A stretch of 64,000 nt of DNA from Paraspadella gotoi (taxonomy: Eukaryota; Animalia; Chaetognatha): positions 11,390,883-11,454,882 of the forward strand of contig CM119269.1 of NCBI GenBank assembly GCA_051294375.1, read 5' to 3'. Positions 39,801 to 52,236 of this stretch are shown here, one piece after another. The position numbers were made by a program, and so were the translations under genes. Under the pieces are notes generated by a model. That model saw nothing but the letters and a program-made list of their open reading frames with translations. It ran no database searches and was not told where the DNA came from. Numbering within the stretch: the first letter of the stretch is position 1; each line of letters begins with the position of its first letter.

Positions 39801-40088
39801 AATTGTTCATAGATTATGGATGAATGCATGATTATTTTTATTTTTTAAAAAAATTTAAACCATTTTTAAAATTTTTTATTTCTACTTTATTGATTATATA
39901 GCTAATTTAATATTAATTTATAAAAAAAACTGTCATTAGGAAAAATTTTGATTAACCCTTTTTTGTGTATTAGCCCAAAGGTCCGGGAAACGTATCCCAG
40001 GGACATCTCTACCGGCAACTGCAGCAATCAAACCATTCTGTGCACTCCATGCCGCAGTAAAATCGATTTGTAAAAGGGAAACCGTGGC
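36891..40088. mobile_element. Foldback-type DNA element with ~870-bp inverted arms
   Basis: GCCACGGTTCCC.. / ..GGGAAACCGTGGC ends. Arms ~36891-37770 and ~39170-40088 are reverse complements. Possible 3-bp TSD CTG. An empty site is present at ~42140-42155. Confidence 0.75.
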
Positions 40089-40178
40089 CTGGGACTTTAG
40101 ACAGGCTTTGGTGGTTCATCGCTCTTACAAGATAATTACGAATATGTGAATAGTATTCATTAAATTTTAAAACCCAAT

Positions 40179-40969
40179 CTGGTGGTGCCTATCACCACAG
40201 ATGGAATTAAAGCTGTTTCTTTCGCCATGCTCCTCAGTGGGCTCAGTGGACTAAATGCACATCCCATTGTGCCGTCCCTGCTTTCCGAGCCCTGAGTTGT
40301 CATTAGAAAGTTGGATGGACCGGGTAACCGGCCTGTTAGGCATGGGCCCCTACTGCCAGATCCAAAGCTCTGGACTACATGGAACATCTGTCTCGCTGTC
40401 GCCAACGATCGACTTGGTGACACCGCTGCGGAATGTGGTATTGTGCGCCCCTGTATAAACCAGCCTCTTCAATGCGTGAGCCCGACGTGATACGAACACG
40501 CAAACCAACCCGGGCATTGATATCTTCCTCTGCCACTTTTTGATGTGTTGAGACTACACAGCTTGCCCATCAAGCAGCCAAGGACCACCAGAATGATAGA
40601 GAGGTTCAGCGGGAGAGAGGGAGGCATGCGCTTCATTCCCCCTGCTTCGTACTCTCTATGGCGAGAGTCCTGGGGCGGCTGTTCTGGTTCGCGTCCTCGA
40701 TCACCACAGATGGGATTCAAAGCTGTTTCTTTCGCACGGCTCCTCAGTGGCTCAGTGTGACCTATATGCAACCATCCCAAATGTGGTCCCTGGTTCGAGC
40801 CCTTGAGGTTGTTCATGCTAAAAGTGGGATGGACCTGTAACCCGCCTGTAGGCATGGGCCTACTGCCAGATCCACAAAGCTCCTGGACTACAATTGAACA
40901 TGCTGTCTTGGCTGTCGCCACGAGGTACACGCTGCGGGTGTGGTCGCCCTGTTAAAAACCAGCTCTTCA
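40179..40969 (+). mobile_element. TRIM-like LTR mini-element, noisy duplicate copy
   Basis: Colinear with 42236-42960 including flanks, with many indels. Confidence 0.75.
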
Positions 40970-42501
40970 CCAATTATTTATTTTTTAGTTTCTCTTTCAA
41001 TTCTTTTAGTTTAGGTCTAAATTCACCTCTTTACTACTTTACGATCTTCTGAATATTTTTGATCTATGCCGTTACACCTGCTTCACAGTTAATTTTCCGT
41101 TCAATTTTAAAAAAGAAAATTTTAAAATAAACTAAATAGCACTTTTCTGTTAATGGATATTGTTTCGCACTTGCTGGGAAAAACAGTAAAAAAGAAAGAA
41201 TGGGGCGGGCCTAAAAAAAAGAGAAGGCCTAATTCTCATTGTCTCAACTAAAAAGAGAGATTACCATGTCGTCTTAAGAAGCGTTCACGGACGATCTATT
41301 TGGCTGAGACAGGGCCAGGGCGGATTACCATGATTGCTGTACGAAAATTATTCCAGTGTTGTTCGATTGGCAAAAACCAAAAAAAAAAAGCTTTCCTCTA
41401 AAAACGAAAAAGGGTCCTGCAGTTTCTTCTCATTGGTGAAAACAATTAACTAGCGTCAATTCCGATTCACGGCCGCAGACCCGCACAGGGAACAGTAGCG
41501 ACAAGGGAATTTGAGTTGGTCCAATTGTAATCACACATCAGACATTTCTGGCGACCTGGACTGCTTCGCCAATCACTAGTGTTGGCTATATTGATCTCAC
41601 GCACATAACGAGAGCGATGCCGATAGCAATCCCAATAGCTATGCCGATAACGATGACGCTAGCGAAAGTGGCCGAGTGCGTAACAACCCTCAGCATTCAA
41701 ACCAAAGCGACGAGACTCTTTTCATATGCAAATGAAAAANNNNNNNNNNNNNNNNNNNNNNNNNNNNNNNNNNNNNNNNNNNNNNNNNNNNNNNNNNNNN
41801 NNNNNNNNNNNNNNNNNNNNNNNNNNNNNNNNNNNNNNNNNNNNNNNNNNNNNNNNNNNNNNNNNNNNNNNNNNNNNNNNNNNNNNNNNNNNNNNNNNNN
41901 NNNNNNNNNNNNNNNNNNNNNNNNNNNNNNNNNNNNNNNNNNNNNNNNNNNNNNNNNNNNNNNNNNNNNNNNNNNNNNNNNNNNNNNNNNNNNNNNNNNN
42001 NNNNNNNNNNNNNNNNNNNNNNNNNNNTCTTCTCTTTTACAAAGCTTTTTACACTGCGTGACTTTGTTCCTTTGTCAAGCCTATGAAATTGGTCAAACCA
42101 ATATAAAAAAATTATCCATTCATTTAATAAACGAGCTATCTTGCCCCTGACTTTAGACAGGCTTTGGTGGTTTTCATCGCTCTTACAAGATAATTACCGA
42201 ATATGTAATATGTATTCATTAAATTTAAAACCAATCTGGTGGTCCTATCACCACAGATGGATTAAAGCTTGTTTCTTTCGCAGCTCCTAGTGGCTCAGTG
42301 GACTAATGCACCATCCCAATGTGCGTCCCTGGTTCGAGCCCTGAGGTTGTCATGTAGAAAGTGGGATGGACCGGGTAACCCGCCTGTAGGCATGGGCTAC
42401 TGCCAGATCCAAAGCTCTGGACTACATGAACATGCTGTCTCGCTGTCGCCACGAGGTGACACGCTGGCGGGTGTGGCGCCCTGTAAAACCAGCCTCTTCA
42501 A

Positions 42502-42533
42502 TGGTGAGCCCGACGTGATACGAACACGCAACC
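42502..42533 (+). promoter_or_regulatory. Extended primer-binding site complementary to the 3' end of tRNA-Trp
   Basis: TGGTGAGCCCGACGTGATACGAACACGCAACC, whose reverse complement GGTTGCGTGTTCGTATCACGTCGGGCTCACCA matches the conserved eukaryotic tRNA-Trp T arm/acceptor plus CCA. Confidence 0.85.
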
Positions 42534-42747
42534 AACCGCGGGCATGATAATACTCCTCTGCCCTTGATGTGGTTTGAGCTACACAGCTGCCACTCAAAGC
42601 AAGGCCACCAGAATGAAGAGAGGTTCAGCGGAGAGACATGCGCTTCATCCCCTGCTTCGTACTCTCATATGCGAGAGTCCTGGGGCGGCTGTCTGGTGGT
42701 CCTATCACCACAGATGGATTAAAGCTGTTTCTTTCGCAGCTCCTCAG

Positions 42748-42799
42748 TGGCTCAGTGGACTAATGCACCATCCCAATGTGGCGTCCCTGGTTCGAGCCC
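42748..42799 (+). promoter_or_regulatory. Pol III type-2 promoter (A and B boxes) in LTR2; also 42291-42341 in LTR1
   Basis: A box TGGCTCAGTGG and B box GGTTCGAGCCC, 30 nt apart. Flanking CCTCAG/CTGAGG can pair. Confidence 0.75.
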
Positions 42800-44636
42800 T
42801 GAGGTTGTCATGTAGAAAGTGGGATGGACCTGGTAACCGCGCTGTAGGCATGGGCCTACTGCCAGATCCAAAGCTCTGGACTACATGAAATGCTGTTCTT
42901 GCTGTCGCCAACGAGGTCACACCGCTGCGGGTGTGGCGCCCTGTAAAACCAGCCTCTTCACAATTAATTTTTTTTAGTTCTCTTCAATCTTTTAGTTTAG
43001 GTTAATTCACCTCTTACTACTTACGATCTTCTGAATATTTTTGATCTATGCGGTAACACTGCTTCACAGTAATTTCCGTTTCAATTTTAAAAAGAAAAAA
43101 TTAAATATAAACTAAAGCACTTTTCTGTTAATGGAGTTACTGTTTCGCACTTGCTGGAAAAAAGTAAGAAAAGAAAGAATGGGGCGGCCTAAAAAAGAAG
43201 CCTAATTCTCATTGGTCTCAACTAAAAAAGAGAGATACATGTCTCTTAAGAAGCGTCACGGACGTCTATTGGCTGAGACAGGCCAGGGCGATACCATGAT
43301 TGGTCGAAAATTATCCAGTGTTGTTCGATTGGCCAAAACCAAAAAAAAAAAAGCTTTCCTCTAAAACGAAAAAAGGGTCCTGCAGTTCTTCTGATTGGTG
43401 GAAACCAATTACTAGCGTCAATCCGATTAGCCGGACGCGCAAGAAAGTAGGAAGGAATCTCTCTCTTTCTCTCTCTCGCGGGGGAGGACCGATTGGTTTG
43501 GAGACGAGAAGCCTTTAGTGGGCAGAGTAAAAGTTGATCACTTTGGGGCAAAACTGGGAAAAGCGCGTCAAAATAGTTCTAGGAGGAAGAGGAAGAGGAG
43601 GAAGAGACATGGAGAGCAGGGTGAAATGAAGGTTAAGGGTGGCGGAATAAAGGACAAAAAGAGATACGGGATGTCGAGGAAAAGAAGGAAAAAAGGATAA
43701 ATAGAAGAATTTTTTGTAATAAAATGGGGAGTGAGTCCAAGTATGTCATCCTTCAGAATCGCTTCCCCCGGGGCAGCTCCGAGGGGCAGGCAAATTCTTA
43801 CCGCCTTGGGGCGGCCCCCTGTAGCCTCTCTTTTTGGGCCCCAAGGGGCCACTCCAGGGGGAATCCCCCAGGGGCTAGAAAAACCTTTTGACTTGGGGCC
43901 ACCCCCAGGGGGATGAATTTGCCTGCCCCCTGGAACGGCTCTCTCTCCCTCCTATCTCTCTTTCCCTCTCCTCTCTCTCCCTCTCTCACTCTCTTTCTTT
44001 ATCTCTTTTCTTTTTTCATTTTTTATTAAAATAAAATATAAAAATAAAAATAATATTTTTCAATTCAATTAATCAATCAATGAATCAATAGCTGCGCCAA
44101 CACCAACTTGCATAATTTAGTCAAATGACATAATTTGATTAACTGACATAATTTGGTCAACTGATATGTACCGAATAGTCGTTAAGCGTTGTACGTGACG
44201 TGTTTTGTACTTAGTTACCGTTGTTTACAGGCGTTTCTAGGCCGATAGAATTTGGAGATAGACGTTTTTGTTGAAGAAGCGCGGAGCCGGCGGGGAATAA
44301 TTTCAACAAAATAGCGGTTTCATGAGAACGGTCATTGTTCACTTGCCAGATTAGTGAGTATTTAATGAAATGAACATTGAAATAATTAGTGATTTGATCA
44401 TCAATTGACACTGTTAAAGGTTTTGAACACTTCACAATACATTTATTTGATCATTCTGACTGGCATTTGACTTAATAGACAGACAGTAAAATTAGGTTCT
44501 CGAAAAGTCGCGTTTTTCACTTTAGTTACGTTTAGTTCTAATCGCGGCATCGAGTCTAAATGATCAGGTTGGTTAGATAGGATTATTTTTTGTTGCATTT
44601 TAATTGGCACAACATGCGCGTTAGCGTATAGTAAGA

Positions 44637-46190
44637 TTACATAGCTTTTTTCCCCATCTTTATTTTCCTTTTTGATGTATAGTGCGGCTCCGTAGCCGTC
44701 CAGCGAAGTGTGACAAAACTATCAGTTTCGTTGTTACGCTGTCTAATCCCAGCATCGACGTCTATCGCGGGATTCGAATCTTCTTCAAGTGGATCATCTT
44801 CTTCCTCCAGTTTTAACATCTCTCTTCTCATATTGACTTCTTTCTCCGACTTGTCCATTACGCGGACAAAGAAGACGTCTCTCCTCGCATTGTACCGTAC
44901 CCCCAGCACCTTTGAGTCGTGCTGATCCAACGTCGGGTCCTCGGGAAGTGCGTTCTCCGCGATCTTCTCCAAGTTGTCTTCCAGATCCTCCTCTTTCTCT
45001 CTGTCCGTCTCCTTCGTCATCTCCTTTTCTTCCTCATCCTTACTTGGGCTGTCAAGGAGAATTCTCTCGTCGGAGGCTTGCCACTTTGTCATCTCGAATC
45101 CTCCTCTCTTCATCGCGTCTGTCATGTTGATCCTCATCTTCCTTGCCTCCTTTATCCCGTCCAACGCATCCAGGTAATCGTTGACATAGATTTTTAAGAA
45201 AAATGCTGATATTACCTCCGGCGGAAATTCCTTCAGCTGGCTCAGTTTCTTCCCGTGATATTGTAGGACGAACGTCGCTACTCCTCCAAACACATATACC
45301 AACGGCTCGTGAACTTCGAGCGTCCTCATCGTCTTATCTGTGTACCAATGATAGCGGAACGCGGCCACGTCTTTTGGATGTAACAGTAACTCCACTTGAT
45401 GAAAAAACCCTTTTATATCTGCTGAGATCATGTATCTTTTTCGACGAAACTTCAACAGCATGCCGACCAACGGAGTGAGGTTATCCGGTCCTGGAATCAA
45501 GTGATCATTCAAACACGTCCCCTTCACCTTCAACGACGCGTCCTGACATAAGCGAAACTTGCCTGGTTTGTCTGCCCGAGTTACAACTAACAACGGCGCA
45601 AAAAACTCCGGCTGCCCTTCTGGAGGATGTTCGACAGTTACTTTCCTCACGTGTCCCGACTTGATAGTCTCTTCCATCGTCTTGAACACTCCCTCTCGAA
45701 TGACCGGATCCTTCCTCATTTTTGCCACCAACTTCCTCGCCAAATTCTCGGCACTCTTTGTTACATCGTCACAAATTGTTTCAAAAAATTTTGCCGTTTT
45801 CTATCTTCCTCGTTTCCATGGCGACGGCGCCACATAATGCCCTGTTTTATCATTAAAGTAAATTTCCCCTTCCAGTTGTTCGTACGCGAAATCGTCTTGT
45901 GCGGATGAGTGTTGTACTTTGGAGGGATACAGTTCTGACCCCTTCAACAGGAAGACCTGTCTTTTTTGAAACTGGGTTCGCCAAAAATAGTAATTTTTTT
46001 GAAATGATCTCGGTGTAGGTCTCTTGCGTCGAGAACGTTGCGGCGCGATTTGTTTCCGTAGCGCGAATGTGAAACTTCTCCATTTGGAGTATGAATGTGC
46101 GGACCCCGACAATTTCGGACCCTTCAGTAGGTCCTCCAGCATTTGATGTGCTGTGAAACTTTGGCAAACGACTTTCCTAGCGACAATCAA
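44637..46190 (-). pseudogene. BEL/Pao LTR retrotransposon pol fragment (RT)
   Basis: KFRLCQDAS..CLNDHLIPGPD..LLKFR..SADIKGFFHQV..FRYHW..YVND..GGFEMTKW..KVLGVRYN are BEL/Pao RT motifs. Truncated, with YVDD degenerated to YVND. Confidence 0.9.
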
Positions 46191-46886
46191 TCAACTTTTT
46201 CAATTTAAAAATGGATAAAAAAGTTAAAAAAACTAGCAAACGACTTTTCCTTAGTAAAAACAAGTTTGAGCAAACAATGTCGGATCTGCCTACGATAATT
46301 AATTAATTAATGGATTAATTCATTAATTATTTAATAGATTAATTAATAAATTATTTAATAGATTAATTAATTAATTAATTTTAATAATTAATTATAATTT
46401 ATATTCAGCTTGTCATCATCGATGTCCTTAAAATTGAGTCAGGACAGTTATTAAATGTTTTGTTTACATTTTATCAAAACAAACAAATATCCTCTATTAT
46501 CGAGCCAGGCGGGCAAAGCCCGTCCTGGCTAGATTTTGATTCGGTTTAGCTTTCGGTCACGCTTTTTTGCAATCATTGCTTCTGAAAGTGTGATATCATA
46601 GGGAGTTATATATGGCTTCTAATCATCAAGATCTTTAAAATTCTCATGTTTCATATCAATATTCGTATTTGTTTATGTTTTATTTACAAAACAAAAACGT
46701 TTTAATTATATGTCGCTCTCTCTCTCTTTCTTTTAAATATATATCGCTCTCTCTCTCTCTGTTTTTCTCCGTCACTGCTTCTTCTGNNNNNNNNNNNNNN
46801 NNNNNNNNNNNNNNNNNNNNNNNNNNNNNNNNNNNNNNNNNNNNNNNNNNNNNNNNNNNNNNNNNNNNNNNNNNNNNNNNNNNNNN

Positions 46887-47750
46887 GTTCTACTTATTAA
46901 GCCCTAAAAACAAATTTTTTAAAAAAATTTTAGAAATTTATTATAAAAAATAAATAATACAGATAATTAATTTTATTTTTTAAGAAAAATATGTGATATT
47001 TGATTAAAACTTAATTTCAAATAAAATAACAGATAAATATTAGTTGAGCACTTTAATTCAAAATCATATCCAGCTTTAAAAAGTAATTATATAATTTATT
47101 ACTTATCCAAAAAAAAATTTATTCATAAAATTATATTATAATAATAACTCACTCAATATTTGATATATATTATTAATAGACAAATGTGTAAAAATATTAA
47201 CAAACAGAATGCTTTAACTTTTAATACTTAATTAGAGTATATATTAATATTTTTCAAAATATTTTTTTCATTTTTAAAATTTTTTATATTAAAATTATTA
47301 TTAATTAAAAAAAAACTTATTTTGAAGCCTAATAAGTAGAACTGTATTTTAAGAACGTATTTGTATTTTTATTTTTAAGAAATAAACTGTTCAATGATTG
47401 ATTAATTGATTAATTAATTGATTAATCTTTTAAAAAAAAATATTTAATTTTTACTTATATTTCAATAGCAAAAAGTAATAGAAAGTTGGGAGTGGTTTCA
47501 AATTAAAGCTTATGCTTTGTAGATAATGATAGACATATAGACATTTAAATTGTAAGCATATTCACTAAACTACTTAAAAATTTTTATAAAAAAATTTAAA
47601 AAACTTTAATGAGCATTTAAAAAAAAACCTGCCTTTATCGAATTTTACTGACCTGCCACATTAAGTATCTCATGGGTATACTTTAAGAATTTATAGGTTT
47701 CAGAGATGGCACTTTTTTTGTTTCTTTCACATCCTTTCTGCCCTACCGTG
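46887..47750. mobile_element. Right part of a second Chapaev-like element
   Basis: Ends CTGCCCTACCGTG at 47750 and matches 9230-9645. The left end probably lies in the N gap. Confidence 0.7.
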
Positions 47751-48271
47751 TATTACTATCCTTATAAAATCAAAAAATTTCCAAATAGGCTTTTCTTAAT
47801 TTTAAATACAGATTTGAATTCCTCGTCAAAAGTTGATAAAAGAAAATATAAATCATTTTTAAAAATTATTTCATTAAGTGGGTTAAAAATTTATAAAAAC
47901 TATATTTAATATATAAAAAAATAATTTTCAGCTTAAAATATAGCTTTTTCTAATTTTTGACCCACTTAATGAAGGAATTTTTCAAAAAGAGTTATATTTC
48001 TTTTTATCAACTTTTTATGACGAATCCAAATCTACAAAAAAATCTTAGAAAAAACTGTTTTGAAATTTTAACATTTATTGGTTTAGTACTAATATAAATA
48101 TGGCCTACTGCATAAATTGTAAAATTTAATATAAATTTTTTTATTACATAAATGTTCATTAGTATAATGTTGTTCGTTCCTCACTTTTAGAATTTTAATT
48201 AAAGTTAAATTTAGAAATTTTACTACGCCTTAGTGATCATCGCGGGGAATAAATGTCGCAATGGGATGCCA

Positions 48272-48327
<56 letters not shown>

Positions 48328-50359
48328 GAGATCGTCGTTTATGTCGTCGTCACGTGATCGCTTTGGACGAGAAATCACGTGACTGACTCACAGTAGCGCC
48401 ACGCGTTGAGGTGGAAGAGGGGAGTGGGGAAGAGGAAGAGGAAAATGAGGAGGAGGAAGAGAAGGGGGGAAGTAGATGGAGAGGAAGAATTGAATCAAAT
48501 ATAGAATCAACCTTAATTGACAGTTACAATCTTTCATGTTGTTTGCAGAGAGAAAAAAACTGATTCTAACTTTTTTCGTATTTGAAACGAAAATTGATAA
48601 AAAATAAAGCTATTTTCCTATTTTCTCGTGGGAACAGATCTTCTTAATTTAAATCTAATGAGAAACTAAATCAATCAGTTTTATTAAAGGTTTCATTTCA
48701 TCTTAAATTTTGTTTTCTCATTTAATAAAACGCGACGACGACGACGACGACGACGACAACGACTTGGACAATAAATTTCCTTTAGAATTCAAAATAACAA
48801 AAGAAATAAAAAGAATAATAAGGCGACAGACGGAGTGGGGGGGCGGGGTTGACTAAGGACAAAAAAGAGGAGAGCAGAAGAGTTCGCTTGTCAAGAGTAT
48901 GACGGCAAAGATCGAGCGGCGACATTAAAATCTCAAAATTTGTTCACTTTAGAAAAAAGTTTTTTTAAAAATTGAAATATTTCGTGGTTTAAAATAAAAA
49001 CAATTATGAATTAAACTAACAAACAAAAATGCAAAAGAGAAATTCTTAAGAAAATTCGTTGTCCTCAGTTGGTTTTGTTCTCACATCGCGTGAGAGACAT
49101 TCACAGACTCACATTTACAAACTCGCGTTCTTTTCGCGTGACTCTCCCGACTCTGTGACTAAATCTGCACGCGCTTCGAGCACACGACCACCGCGTGCTT
49201 TCCCGGCTCGTGCTAGCTATCTGGGTGAGTCTTAGCCCTGCGGTAAGTTTGAGGTTCTAGCCGCAGCGTGAATCTCACTTTGCCAGATAGAATTTGTTTG
49301 AATTCTTGGAAAATTAATACGATATCGCATCAGTTATCATTTTGAATTCAACAAGGAGAGATTCATACAAGAACCTTGAGATGACGACGACGATGACGAC
49401 GACGACGATGACGATTTTCGAACGTTTTCATCGCGTGATCTTTTCAACTTGAACATCATTTGGGGATACATATCATTTCTTTTTTCTTTGATAAATTTTT
49501 GAGAATTTTTTTAAAATCATTTTTAATTTTAGTTTCTTTTTTTTTAGTCTTTGTCTTTCTTTGTCTATCTTTTATTGTTACGTTCTTTCCTTTTTCTTTT
49601 TTTCTTAATTTTTCGACAAGAAAGTCTGTTTACTGTCGAAGAAGATTCGTCTTGCTTTTTCGCTGCCTCGTCATCGTCATCCAGTAGTACAACAATTCCC
49701 CCCTCTCTCTCTCTCTCTCTCTCTCTCACGAATAGTTACATTCCGATTTCGGGTCAAATCGAGCGATTGTTGTTTTGTTTTCTTGATCCCTTTTTTGTTT
49801 TTCTTTCTTTTTTATTCTTGTTTCTTTAACCTTAAGAGGGAGCGCGGGATGAAGCGAGCCGGATTTGAAGGATATTATTCACGTCGCCATAGAGAGCAAT
49901 TTTATTTTAGTAAATTTAATTCGTTAGTTTCAATTTCAGGACCGACTTTTCACGGAGGCGACGACCGAGAGTCCAACAGGATTTAAAATGTTTATTTACA
50001 TCGAAAATAGGTTACGCGGAATAAAAACAGTAAAGTTTTTTATAAACAAACAACGAATTCAAAAACGTATTAACAACCGGTTAAAAACATACTAATTACT
50101 ACGTTCAAAGGTTTAAGGCCGTATCTTAACTAAAAGGTTATTTAAAACAATACAGATAGCCTCGGCCTCTTATTTTTATTCGGATCTGCTTATCAGCAGA
50201 TCCCGACTCTATAATCCACTTTGTTGGTCCGTCGGTCCCCCCCTAAATCTTGTCGGGCAATCATTTAAATCATGCCAGAACATCAAATTATGATAAATTA
50301 TTAAAAAAAAATGATGTCCTTCCTCATAATTTTTTAAATTAATTAATTAATAGCTTATC

Positions 50360-50660
50360 CTTAACCCTAGCTAATCCCTAAGCCTAATTTATCCCTAACC
50401 TTACCTTATCCCTAACCCTAACTTATTCCTAACCCTACCTTATCCCTAACCTTAACTTATTCCTAACCTTATCTTATCCCTAACCCTAACTTATCCCTAA
50501 CCCTAACTTATCCTTAACCCTAACTTATCCTTAACCTTTCCTTATCCCTAACCTTACCTTATCCCTAACCTTAACTTATCCCTCACCTTACCTTATCCCT
50601 AACCTTACCTTATCCTTAACCTTACCTTATCCCTCACCTTAACTTACCCTTATCCTATTT
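50360..50660. repeat. 17-bp minisatellite containing CCCTAA
   Basis: Unit CCCTAACC(C/T)TA(A/C)CTTAT. Degenerate relatives lie at 21100-21240, 24535-24718 and 30240-30380. Confidence 0.85.
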
Positions 50661-50916
50661 TTTACTTTAACTTAACCTACATCTTAATTTATATTTAATC
50701 TTAATTTCTTTAACCTTGATTTATTATTAGCTTAACTTACTTTTAACTATAACATAATCATTATTTAAATATTAATATAATAACAATAATAACAAATATA
50801 AAAAAATCTTACGTAAAAGAATAGGATCTCGCCTACATTCAATGATAACCAAATATTGATGCGAAGATAACCAAATGATTGTTGCGATGATAATCAAATA
50901 TTGATGCGATGATAAC

Positions 50917-51679
50917 TGTAATGTAATGTACATTACAAAATTAAATACACATGTTCAAATAAAATGTAAGCCAAAGTATTAATGAAATCCACTTGAGAGT
51001 TGAGGAGAGTCCACTAGGAATTATGAAGCTGTGGTCTGTAGTCACTTGAGACCCTTATATTATTAATTACCTTACCAAGTCTTAACACTTAACCAAGTCT
51101 TACCAGACTTAACCTTAACCAAGTCTTACCAGACTTAACCTTAGAGTTATTATTTCCAACCAGTCCTTCCTGGACTTAGGCGTTTTCAGTCTCTCCTGGA
51201 CTTAGGCGTTTCAGTCTCTCCTGGACTTAGGCGTTTTCAGTCTCTCCTGGACTTAGGCGTTTTCAGTCTCTCCTGGACTTAGGCGTTTTCAGTCTCTCCT
51301 GGACTTAGGCGTTTTCAGTCTCTCCTGGACTTAGGCGTTTTTCCAGTAACTTTTCCAGCCGGACAGAATTTCCCCTTACACTTCAGAGGGTCTCAATTGA
51401 CTCCTGACCACAGTCTGTGGCACTCCTCCTTATATAGGCAGATTTTGTCACGTGATTTCTCCTCTGGAATTGGTTTGGGACTTAGCAGGCCCGTAAAAGC
51501 CCCCCTTTTGCTTTAGCCTTCTCCTAACTGCCCTTTTGTTTTTAGCCATTTCCCTCTTTTGCTCAAAGCAATCTCTGCTTCACTTATAACCAATTTTTTT
51601 GCTTCTTAAGCTTTTCTTAAGACCAACCTTTGCTTTTGCTCAAAGCCAATCCTTGCTTTGCCTAAAGCCTATCCCTACA
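50917..51679. mobile_element. Probable solo LTR
   Basis: TGTA..TACA ends, flanks ATAAC/ATATC (5-bp TSD, 1 mismatch), TATA-like CCTTATATAGG at ~51428. Confidence 0.5.
51168..51342. repeat. 26-bp tandem repeat, ~7 copies
   Basis: Unit CTCCTGGACTTAGGCGTTTTCAGTCT, nearly identical copies, no spacers. Confidence 0.92.
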
Positions 51680-52236
51680 ATATCAATTACTAAATCAACT
51701 AATAAAAAAGGTCGTCACCTACTTTTTTATTACAGACGCAATGAATCATTCATCATAAATAAAACAAACAAATGAGTGTATGAGTGAAAGAGAGAAAGAA
51801 AGAGAGAGAGAAAGAAAAGAGAATAAATCAACGAAAATCTCGGATGTAAATTTTGGATTTTGCATTGAGAAAAAAGCGCAGAATAAATGGCGATAATAAA
51901 AGTTTTTAAAATCATAATGAAGTGGAAATTCAAACAAAAAATACTTAAATCCAAATGTATAAGAAAATATCAAAGCTATTTCAGGATGAGAAGCCATATC
52001 AAAATTTTTAACTTACTATGTTCGTACACTTTTGTAAAACTTTATCAAAATTCATAATAATTTTTATTTTAAAAAAACGGTAAGTCACAGCCAAACCTAT
52101 AAAAGCGTAGTAGTTTTTATATAAAAACAGCGTGACGCCGACGCCGACGACGACGACGACGTCACAAAGAAGCTGACCCGAATCAATATCGAGCCTGAAC
52201 CGGCTTCGCCGGTCTGCTCGATAAAAATTATGATAT

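Larger units (their letters stand above)
42236..42960 (+). mobile_element. Non-autonomous LTR mini-retrotransposon (TRIM) with tRNA-like Pol III promoter in its LTRs (Helenus/TRIMp3-like)
   Basis: LTR1 42236-42500 and LTR2 42693-42960 both end CTCTTCA. tRNA-Trp PBS at 42502, purine-rich tract ~42672-42688, 4-bp TSD CAAT (42232-42235, 42961-42964). No ORF. Confidence 0.85.

Noticed and set aside
40179-42960. Retrozyme interpretation of the ~460-bp periodicity
   Set aside because: No hammerhead core was found in the unit. LTR-PBS-PPT-LTR with a TSD explains it better.
43740-43920. GC-rich quasi-palindromic patch
   Set aside because: Only short TCATCC/GGATGA ends, no clear TSD and no second copy in the window, so it cannot be classified.
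49240-49250. Splice donor GTAAGT as a non-coding first exon of the channel gene
   Set aside because: Plausible CpG-rich context, but a single motif cannot be supported without transcripts.
51168-51342. CRISPR-like regular repeats
   Set aside because: Units are directly adjacent with no unique spacers, there are no cas genes, and the context is eukaryotic.
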